This document shows, piece by piece, positions 1 to 12,980 of a stretch of DNA of 64,000 bases. Location of the stretch: contig CP089278.1 in the NCBI GenBank assembly GCA_023920165.1, forward strand, positions 124,001 to 188,000, in the 5' to 3' direction. The position numbers were made by a program, and so were the translations under genes. Source of the DNA: Curvularia clavata. Its lineage: Eukaryota. Below the pieces are notes generated by a model. It saw nothing but the letters and a program-made list of their open reading frames with translations, had not been told where the DNA came from and ran no database searches. Positions within the stretch are counted from its first letter, which is position 1; each line of letters starts with the position of its first letter.

Positions 1-178
1 ATCGCAGAGGATCGTTGGGCGAATTCGTGGGCTGAGGTATGAGGACGATATCGCCCGACTTGTGCAGCGGTGAGTCTTCTGGTAGGGTGTAGCTGCTCTC
101 GTAGAGCCGTCGCGTGCCGGGAATAACTTCTTCTTCGCTGTGCGCATTGCTGCGACGGCGCATCCTGTTGGCGGACAT
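1..178 (-). CDS. MFS transporter, 5' part (runs off window start)
   Basis: Manual translation from ATG at 178: MSANRMRRRSNAHSEEEVIPGTRRLYESSYTLPEDSPLHKSGDIVLIPQPTNSPNDPLR. The IPGT...IVLIPQPxxxPNDPLxW pattern is typical of fungal MFS N-termini. Not in ORF track. Confidence 0.7.
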   Translation of the reverse strand, partial: MSANRMRRRSNAHSEEEVIPGTRRLYESSYTLPEDSPLHKSGDIVLIPQPTNSPNDPLR

Positions 179-2843
179 GACAGATGGGAGATGATGCCGG
201 GCTGACGCTTCCAGCGTCGCTGTTGTTAGCAGGGCAGCATGTCGCAGCGAGCAGTGGTATCAAGGTATATTTGGGCAGCAAGGCGTGAAGACTTTTTTGT
301 TATCCTCTTATCTCGGAGATAATGTGGCGGAAACCCCGGGCCAACTGGAACCCCGGCAACTAGAATCGGAAGGGAGCGATGCTTGGTTGCGCCACATAGG
401 CTCCAATCAACAACCCCCAATCACACGGTGTACACTGCCATTTGACATGGCTTCATTATCTAGTCTCGCGATAGTTGCGCAACCGAGCTGCGCGATGCGA
501 CGCTTCGCCTTCGACTGCGCTGTATGGAATCCTCCGTCCTTGAAGTGCCATCACGATATTCATTTGGACAAGTGATAAATCCATGCGACTACCACTCAAC
601 TAACACATTCCATGCCGATACTAGATCCCTGTACTTCACGTACGCCTTCAAGCGAGCGCTACGCCATGATGCTGATGTCGTTCTCAGAACTTCACACCAG
701 ACACCTATCAGCTGGCCCCCGCCCCAACTCGAGACTTCGATAGTAGCTGAAGAAGAGAGAAAAGCACAGAAGAAAAGACGGCAAATTAAGAAAGCAATCA
801 TATGATGTTTGCTTGACTTCTGGGACCCGTGAAAGCGCGATCTGCTTCTTTGAGATGAACGGGTACGCCAAGGCGAGTGGCAAGTTCGAGACCTGGGAGT
901 CAAGGTTCACCATTCAAAACCCAAGACTTGGAGAATCAACACCTTGGATTCAGGGTTCGGATTTCAGCGTTTCTATGAGGCATGATTGGCATATCTCAAA
1001 GGCTCGGAACCACTGGAAGGCCTGGACTCAAGAAAAAAGCTGGGCCTTTTCCAAATGACGGCAGCCAGGCTCACCGATGAACGTCGCAACATACCAAGAG
1101 TGGGCACGCTGTAGCATAACTCACAAAGTCTATCATCTACCCCGTACTCTCGAATCAGCTTTCGCGCCCAGTCAGGAGCTAAGCCTGCCGTTAGAGAAGC
1201 GGAACACTAGATGATTGGTGAATTGACTATGTAACCCAACTACTGTGGTCTAGGTGGGCTTGCGCATACCTCCCTCCGATGTGGATACGGAGACCAGAAG
1301 GTGACGCTTGCTGAATGGCTCATTCTTCCGCACCACCAACATGTATATATGCAGTGTGGCTGCCGGCCGTGCGTAACTACACACCTTGATGGAGCCTACA
1401 GATATCCATTCGTTACCACTTTCCCGGATGCAAATGGCTCCTTGCTAAACACCTAATCCAAACAATGGAAACCCCAATTGGCTTCTATCCGCCCTGTTGA
1501 TTGACCTGGCCATTGCCACCGTACGTTAAATCCAACTATGCCACATGTATCAAATTCACCTTTGTTTCTGTTTCTAATGCCGTCAACGTCATTGAGTGGT
1601 GTTTGTATGTGACGACTATCATGCTTGCTGGCTGTCGGTTTGGAATGCACATTCGAAAGAAGACAACGTTAATGTTCATAGCCGACATGTGGCTTGTCCT
1701 TGCCTTCATAGACTGCAACGTTTGGATTGATTGTAACACTGCGACACACAGTGAATGCAATGAATAACTTCGTCTGAGGGTCGGAGTGTGTTCGCAGAGT
1801 ACGTGTGCTACTGCTTCCAGTCGGGTCCTTAACCCACAAAATGCGAAAGTCATGTGGAGCTCCGATATTCCACAACATAGTTGTTTAACAGCGGGCTCTT
1901 CAATCCTCAATTCAGAGTGCTGGCGTTCTTCAAACGTGCCATTCCGCCGACATCACTCAAGATGTACAAAGGGCTATAGACAGTGGCATGTGTCGCGACA
2001 GCATCAGCCATCGCAACTTATGCTGCTATTACCATTTAATGAGGCACTGACATAGCCAGCAATTGGTCCGAAAAGCCAGGAAGTTGCTCCGCCTTCACCG
2101 CGAAGCCGTTGATCCAGCTCATCTCCGAGATTCTCAGCAAGCACGCACGGGCAAGAAGCTCAGCTAAGGTATTATACCAAAAAGGGAAAGGTCAAATCTA
2201 GCCATCACAATCCATTCGCTCATCCCAGTTGCTTCTAGCTCACACTGCAAATGAAGCCTTTTGACCATGCCCAGTGTTTTCTTGTTTATTTACAGACTGC
2301 TGAGGTGGCAAGGGCTCGCAGGTGTCAAGCTTTATGCCGAGCGAGATCCGGATGCCCCTGCATTGCATGTTGCTAAGCCCAAGAAGGAAGGTCTCAAGCA
2401 GCTCGGTAAAGACCTGCCATTCGCAACCAAGCCTGATAAACTTCGTACCACTACTCGTGGCTATGATCCGTGTCTCCTTCTACCTCTGGCTGATCACCGT
2501 TGTCTCTTGCTATCTTGGACTTCGCTGCAAAAATAACTAATTTAGAGAATAGCGGATATCATCGCTTTGAGATTCCGCCAGCGAATCACACCGGCATGCG
2601 GCTTACGTTCACGGGTCAGTGGCACGGATGAGTCGACTTTAGCCAAAAGCATGTTTAGATGCATTAATATCTTTTCTTTGCTGTGCATATATACTATAAG
2701 ATTGTGAACCGCACTTTTTCCTGTCGTTCACTCAGTTCATGAAAGTTCTGGCCTGGTTGGTGAGGCTTTAATTTCACTCTACTCTCCCTGGTGAGCTTGC
2801 TCGCCGTATTCATTTTCGTTCACCCAAACACCATCTTACCGCT

Positions 2844-4631
2844 ATGTGGTCCTCGAAATTGATAGCCGCGCTCACCCTCGCGCTGCTACAGAACGCGAAT
2901 GCCTTGAATGGAGCAATTCAAAACGAGTGGGATTTGCTAGCCCAGATGGGTCTTAATCCGGACGGAACACCTCTTGAAGAATCTTTTCTCAACGCTGCGT
3001 CGTCCAAATCTATCAAGTTCACATCAACCGGAGACGTCTCTGCTTCCCTGGCTGCTGATCCTGGACCTATCGATGCTGAGTATATCGAGCTTCCCCTGGA
3101 TCACTTCGGATCGGGTCCCGGCACCTTTCGCAACAGATACTGGGTCAACACAAAAAGCTATAAACCGGGCAGCCCCGTCTTCATCTATGATGTGGGTGAA
3201 GCCAATGCCAATTCAAGCTCTCAGTTCTCGCTCCGCAACGAAACGAGCTTTTTCAAGCAGATGGTTGATGAATTCAATGGTATCGGCATTGTATGGGAGC
3301 ATCGATTCTACGGTGATTCGTCACCAGTAGATATCTCAATCGACACACCAGCCGAGGCGTTTAGATTCTTGACATCAGAGCAAGCACTTGCGGATGTTGA
3401 TCGCTTCGCGAAGCAGTTTAGCAGAAAGGAAATCAACGCAACACTCACTCCCGACCACACACCATGGATCTTCATCGGTGGTTCTTATCCCGGCATGAGG
3501 GCTGCTTTCATGCGCAACTTGTATCCTGACACCATCTTCGCTTCGTGGGCTGCATCGGCCCCAGTTGAGGCTCGCGTCGATCAGACGTATTATTTTGACC
3601 CCGTATGGCGAGGGATGAACGCAAAGGGGTTTGGAAATTGTACTCAGGACATCCAGGCTGCAGTCAGATACATGGACGGTGTTATGGACAAAGATAAACA
3701 TGCCACTGCTAGGTTGAAAGAGCAATTCTTGGGTCTCGGGGCTGCCAATACCTCGAATGCTGGATTCGCCGACGCACTCACTCTCATTACCGCCAGATGG
3801 CAGTCATACGGCATCGAGGGTAATGCCTATGGACTCCGCCTCTTCTGCGACTGGATTGAAACTGATCCTGCGACCGGAAAAACAGCACCAAAGGAGGGAT
3901 GGGCAACGAGCAAGGGCGCCAAGTGGGTGGTAGATAGGTGGTCTACCTACCCCAACTTTGTGACTATTGTGAATGATTACTTCGGGGTAGAGTGCTCAGG
4001 TCACACAAATAAAACAGGCGGAAATTGCATCCTTGATGGTGCATTTAAGGACCCGTCAACCATATCGTGGACGTGGCAGTACTGCACTCAATGGGGTATG
4101 TCTCAAGCTTGTTTCCTGAACCCTCATAACGAATCCTAACCAAGTATAGGATATTTCCAGGCTGCCAACATTGGCCCTCATCAACTCATTTCCAAGTACA
4201 ACTCGCTTCAGCATCAGCGCGACATATGTCATCTCCAATTCCCCAACGCCACCGCTCCGCTCTTTCCAGAACTGCCTGACACTAAAAAGACTAACAAAGC
4301 CCTTGGTGGATGGTCCATTCGCCCATCCAATACTTATTGGTCTAATGGGGAGTTCGATCCTTGGCGCTTGAATTCACCCGCCTCCGACCTGTCTTTTGCG
4401 CCGAAGGTTAAGATCACACAAGATATCCCCAAATGCGGAGTGAGCACTGGAAAAGACAAGTTGTTCGGTATGGTGCTAAGAGATGCGGCACATTGCTTTG
4501 ATTTCAGGACAACAGGCAGCTCCGTTGTTCCAGATGGAATCAAAAGTCGAGAACTATTTAAAAAGGCCTTGAGAGAGTGGCTTACATGCTACCGCCCAAA
4601 GAAGGGAGTTGCAAAGCGATGGGAAGCCTGA
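2844..4631 (+). CDS. Secreted serine carboxypeptidase, family S28
   Basis: Signal peptide, LPLDHF, WEHRFYG, GGSYPG nucleophile motif, WTWQYCTQWG. Intron 4096-4149 (GTATGT..CTAAC..TAG) joins to exon 2 with NGEFDPW and AHCFD. Confidence 0.93.
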
Positions 4632-5277
4632 ATCTGAACAGATCAGGTCTTTATATCAATTCACTAAAATGAAACTCACTCTATTACACTCAAATTTACA
4701 AAGAGTTCTTGTTGTCTCCATTATAATTGAAAGTATGCGATCGGATGATAAAATTTCCCTGCGAACACAGCACATCTTCTAAACGGGGTGGCCAGACACA
4801 GGCACACATACACCATGTACGGTTCAAGTTCTTGGAACTGTTGGCTAGATATGGCATCGGCTGGAAAGGTCCGGGTTGGGAAACATACACAGCAGTTGTT
4901 TCAAGGTATACACCCAAGAATCTTATAGAATTCTTGGATGCGATCGCAGCTTTCACTGCCATGATTGGAACCATAAGGCAAAGATACCCTCGCTGGTTCA
5001 AGATGCATGTGTAGTAATCCGACTCTGGAATTATCAAACCGACCTGAAGTCCTGGGCTAGGCTAAAAAGGGATGCATTACGGGCCGATTGCTGACAGTGC
5101 ACAGATCTAGAATAGGGTATTTTTAACGTCAAGTAGTAGCATTATCCAATTCGCACGGTGAAACCCAAGTCCAGATCACGTGATGAGTAGGTCCGTGCTA
5201 GTCTGCCACTCTTTTCTCGTATCGAGAGATGTACGTAATCTACTTTGCAACATTCCTTCCATTCGTTTACGTACCAG

Positions 5278-6612
5278 ATGTTTAATATACAGCGAGAATT
5301 ACCACTTTCCTTCACGCAATCCAATGAAGTATCACCTTCTGCGAATGAAGATAGTCATAACGTGGGGAAGATCACAAGACGATCCCATCAAAAGTCGCGT
5401 GCTGGCTGTAAGCAGTGCAAGACGCGTCGCATCAAGGTATGACATGTCAGAGACCTTGCACAGTCTAAATTATATCATGAGTGTCTGTAAAGCCGCAGTG
5501 TGGTAGTCAGAGATGCAGCAGGTAGTCTGCAGTTCCCCCTAAATGCATTAGCTATTGTAAAAAGAGAAGATCGATCCTAACGTTTATAGTGCGATGAGGC
5601 GAAACCACAGTGTAGCAATTGCAAGCGTCGAAAACTACATTGCGGCTTCACTGAATCAGCAGATTCCTCACCACAAAATTCTAGAGGAAATGAGCCCAGT
5701 TTTGGCTCGATAGAGCTGCCAATATCCGAGATTGAGCTCGCGTACCACTATACAACATCAACATGCTTCTCCCTATCAGCATGGCCCACTGGAGGTATCG
5801 CAGCACGAAATCAAATGGATGAGATAGGGTTCAAACACCCTTATGTCCTGCATCTGATGTTTGCATTTACGGCGCTGCATCTGGCGCACTGTCGTCCGCA
5901 TCGGAGAGAAGAATATGTCGCGACAGCAGACCGTCACTACGAGCGTGCCCTGATTCTACTTACCCCACTGATTTCAAACCTAGATCCCGAAAACTGTGAT
6001 GCAGTCTTGCTTGCTGTGCAGTTGGTCTGCTTTGTAAGTTGGGGTCGGGGTCCACAACCTGGGGAATACCTGGCCTTTGGACGAGATAAGAGGTCAGATT
6101 GGTTGATCCTGTTCCGCGGCATTAGAGCAAGTCGCTCAAGCTTTGAGCGCCTAGAGCACGATAGGAAAAACTCTCCTGCAGCACGCGGGATAGGACGCCC
6201 ATTGCCGACCCAAGAAGTGCCCGACCAGTATGAGCAGCACCTCGACGACCTCAAAGAGCATGTAAAGTTCATGTCAAAGAACACATCTGGTTATGAGAGT
6301 GACGTTCAGGCCGTTGATATTCTCCGAGAGATGTATGACAACCGATATCACGGCACAGATGGTGAGTACCATGTGTCCTTTGGGTGGCTCTACCGGGTGA
6401 CGGATGACTTCCTTGAAAGGCTGCAGCAGCATGACCCCATCCCTATGATCATCTATGCGTATTTCGTGGTGCTAGTTCGTGTTTTGGAACAATTTTGGTA
6501 CATGCAAGGATGGACACATCATATCATGACTGGGATCTGGGAGTTGATGCCTAAAGAGCAAAAAGCCTGGTTAGACTGGCCCATGAAAAGAATAGGGTGG
6601 ATCAAACCTTAA
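5278..6612 (+). CDS. Zn2Cys6 transcription factor (Upc2/Ecm22-like architecture)
   Basis: RRSHQKSRAGCKQCKTRRIK, intron 5437-5589, then CDEAKPQCSNCKRRKLHC. Exon 2 is in frame with the 5815-6612 ORF (HPYVLHLMFAFTALHLA; WLDWP near the end). Confidence 0.88.
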
Positions 6613-7861
6613 AAAGAAAGCAGGTATGTCGGATTTCCTGGATCCATATGTTTTGAAAGTTTTAACAGTTCTATAAGGCACATCCTACTTCAACCCATGA
6701 AATCCTACAGGCAGCGAAGTGGCCGTTCTGGGATGGTTATAAATGCGAACTCACTGGTTCCGGCGCAACTCAACGTGCATTGCCACCCGATTGCTCGAAT
6801 CCTAGGCACTTAGGGAGTGGAGACGTCTACGTTAGTTCTTCTGCAGGTTGGTGGAGACACCGTGACTGGTCTCGGTCGCGTAGGATGCGAGACCAGATGA
6901 GCCAGTAATTGGGTCAGGCAAGAGGAGGTGATTTCTGCATGCATCAACGCTGACTTGGTACTGACTTCGAGCAAACAGCTTGGAACGATTGGACACTGAA
7001 TTTGATGAATCAATTTTGGTTGCTGCTACAGTTCATATGCAGCGTAATGTAGGATAGCCCAGCACATTGCATCAGATGTACACTGCTTGCGGCTCTTAGA
7101 GCAGCCCTTTGGTGTGTTGCTTTCGGCATATGTCAGATCGATGCTACATGCAACTCGCAGTGTACAGGATATGTCATTATATAGGGTTGGATACAACGCA
7201 TCAAAGAAGACATGGAATTAATACAATAATATGGCAGACCCCGTCGACTACTTTGAATTGCGCAGCGATGTCATGTGTTATGATTTAAACAAGTTTCACA
7301 AACTGCTAGCCCCGCCAACTTCAACCATAATGCAAGGAAGATGGTTTACGGGACCGCCAGAGGTTTGGCTACGTCTGCAGATAATATTAAAAAACTTGCG
7401 CTTCTCAGTAATTGCGCGGACGAGGCTGCGGAGTGAGAAACCTTAACGAATAAGTACCAGCAAGTGTATTTGTAGTGTGCAAAGTAGTGGTCAGCCATTA
7501 CAATATCAGCCACAACACCAGCCAAAAGCGCCGTCATGTCAACTTTCGTCCCACTCGCACTTAGCATGCGCTGTTGGCCAACTACATCTCTTGCTGCAGT
7601 GCATTCTGCTTCTCTGTCATCCAGATCCTCCAGCCGCATCGCTCCTCCCATAAAGCCGCCACACATACCTCTTGCAATAACGTTGGAAGAAATCCAATAA
7701 CCCCCTTTCCAGGACGCACATCCATAATACGAGCTCTCCGCTTGAGTTTACCATTAATACACCGTCACTGTGCCGCGCAAGATGATATCGTGTAATTCAA
7801 GCGCCTAGCCTCCTGCGGGATTCTTCCGAGTGTCAGCGATTGGCTGGATCTGGGTAAATCG

Positions 7862-8796
7862 TCACACTCTGTTCATTTCTGTACTTCTGAGTGGTACATG
7901 GCTGTCATCAATGTTCGACCAAGCCAAGTTGTCAGCCTTCCTGATATATCTGAATAGCCTGCCAGGATGTATTATTGCATAGTACACGGTACTCGCAAGC
8001 AGAAGCGACGCATCGAAGGCGTACATCATCCACTCTGTTTTTAGGATCTGACCATCTGGACCTTGGCTGAATTCAATCAGGCGAAACAAACTCCTTGCAA
8101 TAATCAGAACGCTGACTGTGTACAGCACCAGCATATGCTTCTCCCAGCTCACGTATGGTCTTTTGGAGACAACAGTGGGGCAGCTGCGGATCCTGGTGTG
8201 CAGTACGATGGCTATGAGAAGGAATAATCCAAAGGCAGCCAGCTGGATGCCAAGTCCGATTTTTACGATGAATATCCCTTGCCTGGCTCCATCTGCACCA
8301 CTAGCTTGAGCCGCGGAACCAGCCATCTGGCACCCGAAACTGGCAATGTCGATGATGATATAGATCTTGGAAATCCATGTGGGCCTGATCAGACAGTAGT
8401 CTGCAGCGCCGAGATTGCGAGCTAGTCGGCCGAGCGTCATGTAAATCGTTGCTGCGAGAAGAGGTGCCGATCCGAGGATGAGCATCATTTGGATGAGGTA
8501 AGGAGTTCCGTTGCGAATGTTGTCGTGGGCCCAAGCTCGTCCATAGTAACCAGCAGCTTCACCTGATCGCGCGTTAGAGACTGAACGAATTAAAGATCCT
8601 TTGAATCCTGCTTACCTATGCACCCAAGGACGAAAGGAATAAAGTACCAGCTCCGATACATGATCATAAGAACAACATGTGCTATGGCCATGATCCCAAA
8701 CATGACCATGAATGCGTATCCGGCGCCAATTGAAGGGTTGTATGGAAACAAGTCGAAGTCGGCCTCTCCACGAGGAGCGAGGTGTATTAAAGACAT
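7862..8796 (-). CDS. RTA1-like lipid-translocating exporter (7TM)
   Basis: YNPSIGAG, intron 8615-8563, GEAAGYYGR, APLLAATIYMTLGRL, RSLFRLIEF, EWMMYAFDA. Confidence 0.9.
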
Positions 8797-9250
8797 GTTG
8801 TGGTGACTAGGAGTTTGACAAAGGGGGAATTGCGGAATGGAAGAAGGAAGCCGGAGTTCGGGTCAAGCGCGGTTTAAGGCATGTCTGTACCCATTGGCTG
8901 CATACTCGTTGCATTTATAGGAGAAGAATAACAGTGTTATATTCTCGTACATTGGTGTATCCGTATCCTAAGAGCGCCAGAAGAAGCATAGTGGTGCCGA
9001 GGTTTCGTAAATCAGCGTATTCGTATTCTAAGAGCGAAACACTTTGCCACAGCCACCCCTGCATTGCCACGCCAGCACAACGCATTGACCATCACGAGGC
9101 CGAGATTAGGTAGATCTACAGGCGATTTCGACCAATATCGTGTTGCAGTTGCCAACGTATGCTGAGATAGGAAGTATTTTGCTGCGTATTTCAACTGCGA
9201 GGCGTACATCGGAAACGAGCGGTATGCCCCTATTAAATTCCAACTACATG

Positions 9251-10275
9251 TTATACCGTAAACTTCAACTTATTCTCCTCTGCGTACCCACGGGCGATTC
9301 TCTTCACCTCCTCATCGCCAATTTCTTCAAATATGTCAAAACCCCACCGCGATTGTACATTAAATCTTTTGTGTCTCTCCAATGCCGTCAACTCATCAAA
9401 GATGTCACTTGGCAAAGCCTTTACCTGCATGTTGGTCTTGATCCGGCTCGGTGTGACACTCTTAGGCAATACCACTGTGCCGCGTTGAATGCCCCAACTC
9501 GCGAGAAGTTGGCCGCGGTCCATACCCAATCTATGGCTCAATACACCCACCAACTCGTCATCTACAGTGCGCGGTTCACCAGTCTGATTGTTTCCCAGAG
9601 GAGAATATGCTTCGATAAGAATTCCTTTCTCCTTGCAAAAATCGAAGAGATCCGTTTGCTGAAGGTATGGGTGTGCCTCGATCTGGTTGACAGCCGGGAC
9701 AATCGTGGCCTTGGACAGTAGATCCTTGAGGCGATTGATCGTAAAGTTAGAGACCCCAATTGCCCGGACTTTGCCAGTGCTGAGTAATTTCTCCATAGCC
9801 TTATAGGTGGTAACGGGATCAATCTCTTCAAGATCGAAAGTTCCGTCCTCGCGTAAAGGAAACCATTTACCCTGCTGACCATTAAACGCACTGAGAGATG
9901 TGAGTACATATTAGGGGCTGAGACTAGGCAGCAGACATACACGGGCCAATGCATGAGAAACAGGTCAAGGTATTCAACGCCAAGATCTCGGAGCGACTGG
10001 TCAAGGGCGCCTTCAACATCTTGGGGTGCGTGCTTGGTGTTCCACAACTTTCCAGTCAGAAAGATGTCTGATCGTGGGACACCACTCCGACGAATGCCGT
10101 CCCCAACTTCTGCTTCGTTGCGATAAATGGCGGCGCAGTCGATGTGGCGATAGCCTGCTCTGAGCGCTGTTTCCACAGCCCGCTCTACCTCACCAGGCTT
10201 GGCTTGCCATGTCCCGAAGCCGACTGAAGGTATCTGCGCACCGGTGTTAAGGGTGAAGTATGTGGGTAGAGTCAT
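9251..10275 (-). CDS. Aldo-keto reductase (Gcy1/Ypr1-like)
   Basis: LNTGAQIPSVGFGTW, GYRHIDCAAIY, GKLWN, YLDLFLMHWP, intron 9940-9891, AIGVSNF, AYSPLG, LPKSVTPSRI. Confidence 0.95.
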
Positions 10276-10516
10276 GGCTACTTCAGGGTGATGGCAATCG
10301 AATGATCTGGCCAAAGTAAGGCAGCGCCGTGAAGTTGAAACGATAAGACCAAGAATGTTAACATGGTAGCGTAGTATGCCGTCTGTGTGATATATAGGCT
10401 CATGCTGAATGTTCCTAGGTGACTAGCGTGATTCGCATAAGGGCCGGAAGGGAGCATCTACCTTTTGCCGGTTGCCGAAACCCCGCGGGTGGAATTGCTC
10501 CGCTTCCGACGAGCAA

Positions 10517-10535
10517 GATATCCGAAACGGATATC
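10517..10535. promoter_or_regulatory. Perfect inverted repeat GATATCCG-AAA-CGGATATC in the AKR/TF divergent promoter; candidate Zn2Cys6 site
   Basis: Read directly from sequence. CGG/CCG triplets are the usual Zn2Cys6 half-sites. The same CGGATAT core recurs at 15150-15191. Confidence 0.5.
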
Positions 10536-10572
10536 CTTCTCATTGGCCTATCCTCCTCATCCTCCTACAACA

Positions 10573-12893
10573 ATGTCCTCGAATCGTCCCACGCAGCTGG
10601 CACCAGCGTCAAGAGATTGTATGTTGAAACCAAGTCAGAGCAATCTTTACATAAGAAGCGTTAAGGCCTGACCCAAAATAGCGCACAGCGGCAGTGTAGT
10701 ACCACAGAAGCGAAGCGCCGATGTCGCCCCTGGCAGGCAACGCGTAGTCAAAGTTACGCGAGCTTGCGATATCTGCAAAGCAAGGAAATCAAAGTGCTCG
10801 GGCGGACAGCCATGCGACAGCTGCGTTCGCCGTGGTCTGCACTGCCGCTACGAGGCTGCATACACGAGGGGAAAGACGGCCGTGCCTCGCACCTCCAGCC
10901 CAATTGCTGTCATCAGTGTTCAGGAATCGATCACTTCTTCAACTGCACCACTTATGGTTGATCAATCAAATACCGCTACTCAGCGCGCAAACGATGCGGA
11001 CCCACCATCACGGGCTTCGCCGGGCCTGGAGGTGGCTGGGCAGTTCTCTGATACCACTTCGGGTCTCTCATTTCTTCATCGAGCTTGGCGGCGCATTTCG
11101 AACAAGGAAAGCACACAAGTCGTGACTGGACAGCTTGGGTCAACGGAAGATAGCCAACTTCTGATGAGCGCTGGCGACAAACCTTTTCATCAGACTGGCC
11201 ACATGCAGATGCCATCGCCAGAACGTGGCCGTGCACTTATGGATTTGTACTTTGACGTATGCATTGCAACGTACCGACTACTACACAGGCCAACAGTTGA
11301 GACTTGGCTCATACGTGTGAATGAGAACGCTCAGCTCAATGTGCCCTTGTCCGAAGGTACGTAGTCCTTCAATTCAGTGAGGTGCCCTGTTGATCTTCAA
11401 TCAAGGTATCGGCCGCGCAAAAACAGCAGTAGTGCTTTCGGTATTGGCCGTCGCGGCCTGTCATGAAGAAAAGGCCAACGAATTCATGGCGTCGTCGCCC
11501 GAAAGCGACATGAACTCAGAGCCTCAAAGTGACCTTTATTTTGCTGAGACTGTTCGTTTGACTGCCAGTGAAACGGGCATGCCACAGCTCGAGTCAGCCC
11601 AATGTAGGCTTATCCAGGTCTTGTATCTACTCATGTCTTCTCGCTTTAATCAGGCCTGGTATATCTTTGGCCATGCTCTCCAGATTATCTCAGCCTTGGG
11701 CTTACATCGAAGAGATGATCGCAAGAGGCCTGGATCTGCACCTAAGCGTGATTATATTGACCAACAGTGTAGGAAAAGAACGTTTTGGGTAGCGTATATC
11801 TTGGACAAGTATCTAGGCGTCATCTTTGGGCGTCCTAGACATTACCACGACGACGACATCGACCAGGATTTTCCAGACGCCATCAATGACGAGAACATGT
11901 CCAAAAATGGGCCGCAGAGCCCCAGTTCAGATGACTGTCACATTGAGTCTTTGATACATCATGCGCAGCTTGCCCAGATTGCTGAACGAATCTCACGTGA
12001 AGTATATTCTATCAAGCCAGTAAGCCAGGCCCCCTAGCATCGTTCCAGTAACTTCCTCATTAAATTTGACTCAGATACCTGACCACATCCGCCTCACTGC
12101 CTCTCATCATCTCGGTACTGCCTTGCGTCAGTGGAAGTCTTCCCTGCCTCCGCTTCTAGGATCTATCAATCCTAGTAGTTTGATTCCCACTTTCCGCCGA
12201 CAAGCGATTGCCTTGAGACTTTCATATTGCCATGCGGTCATGCTGGCTCATCGACCTTTTCTTCTCTCGAATACCTCACGCAGCGACGAGGCTATCCGAT
12301 CTCTTGCAAAAGACAGCCTTACTGAGTGCATCGCAGCTGCTCGCTCAGTTCTGGATGCGGTTGACCGCATGGCACGTGAAGGCCGTATGTTTCACGCCTT
12401 TTGGTGGACGCATTACGTCTGCTTTTGCGCCCTAGTCGTAGTATACGTATCGACTATACAGGATACATCCCGAGAGTCGATATCTGCATGTGATCGGCAA
12501 GCGATATTAGACCAAGCAGAAAACTGCCTCCAACACTTAGCGCGCGCTACAGCATCAAATTCACCATCACGGAGATACAGCATCATTCTCCAAGAGTTGC
12601 GTGCTGAAGCCAAGCGAAAGACTGCCGTACCAACGCATGACCATGTCTTAACTTCGTCAGCGACAGCGGTCTCTGGCAATCCAACTACTCTGCATCCGGA
12701 GTTTTTTGGTGAGTCTAATCCGTCCCAACAAACTCTGCAGATGTGGCAACCGCTTTTTGGCAGCCCAATGGATATGACAACACCAGGCTTGCAAGACTTT
12801 TTGGACCACTGGCAGACGACCGACTGGCTTGATCTTGACTCTTCAGCATTTGGTCATTTCACTGGAGGGCAGGAGGAAAGTTTTCTTGGATAA
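10573..12893 (+). CDS. Zn2Cys6 transcription factor with fungal-specific TF (middle homology) domain
   Basis: After the first intron (~10619-10681): ACDICKARKSKCSGGQPCDSCVRRGLHC. Later exons carry LGLHR...RKRTFWVAYILDKYLGVIFGRP and LAHRPFLL. Confidence 0.9.
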
Positions 12894-12980
12894 GTTGTAG
12901 TAGGAAAGATAGTAATCGTCGCTTTGTATGTGATCGTTCGTCGACTGCCTCCCCGAGCCTCTCCCTACTCATGCCTACAT

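Noticed and set aside
1453..2540. Several overlapping short ORFs
   Set aside because: No motifs or consistent exon structure; treated as intergenic.
10437..10458. AGGGCCGGAAGGGAGCA resembles SRP RNA helix 8
   Set aside because: No flanking SRP helices, imperfect stem, and it sits in a 297-bp divergent promoter; likely chance.
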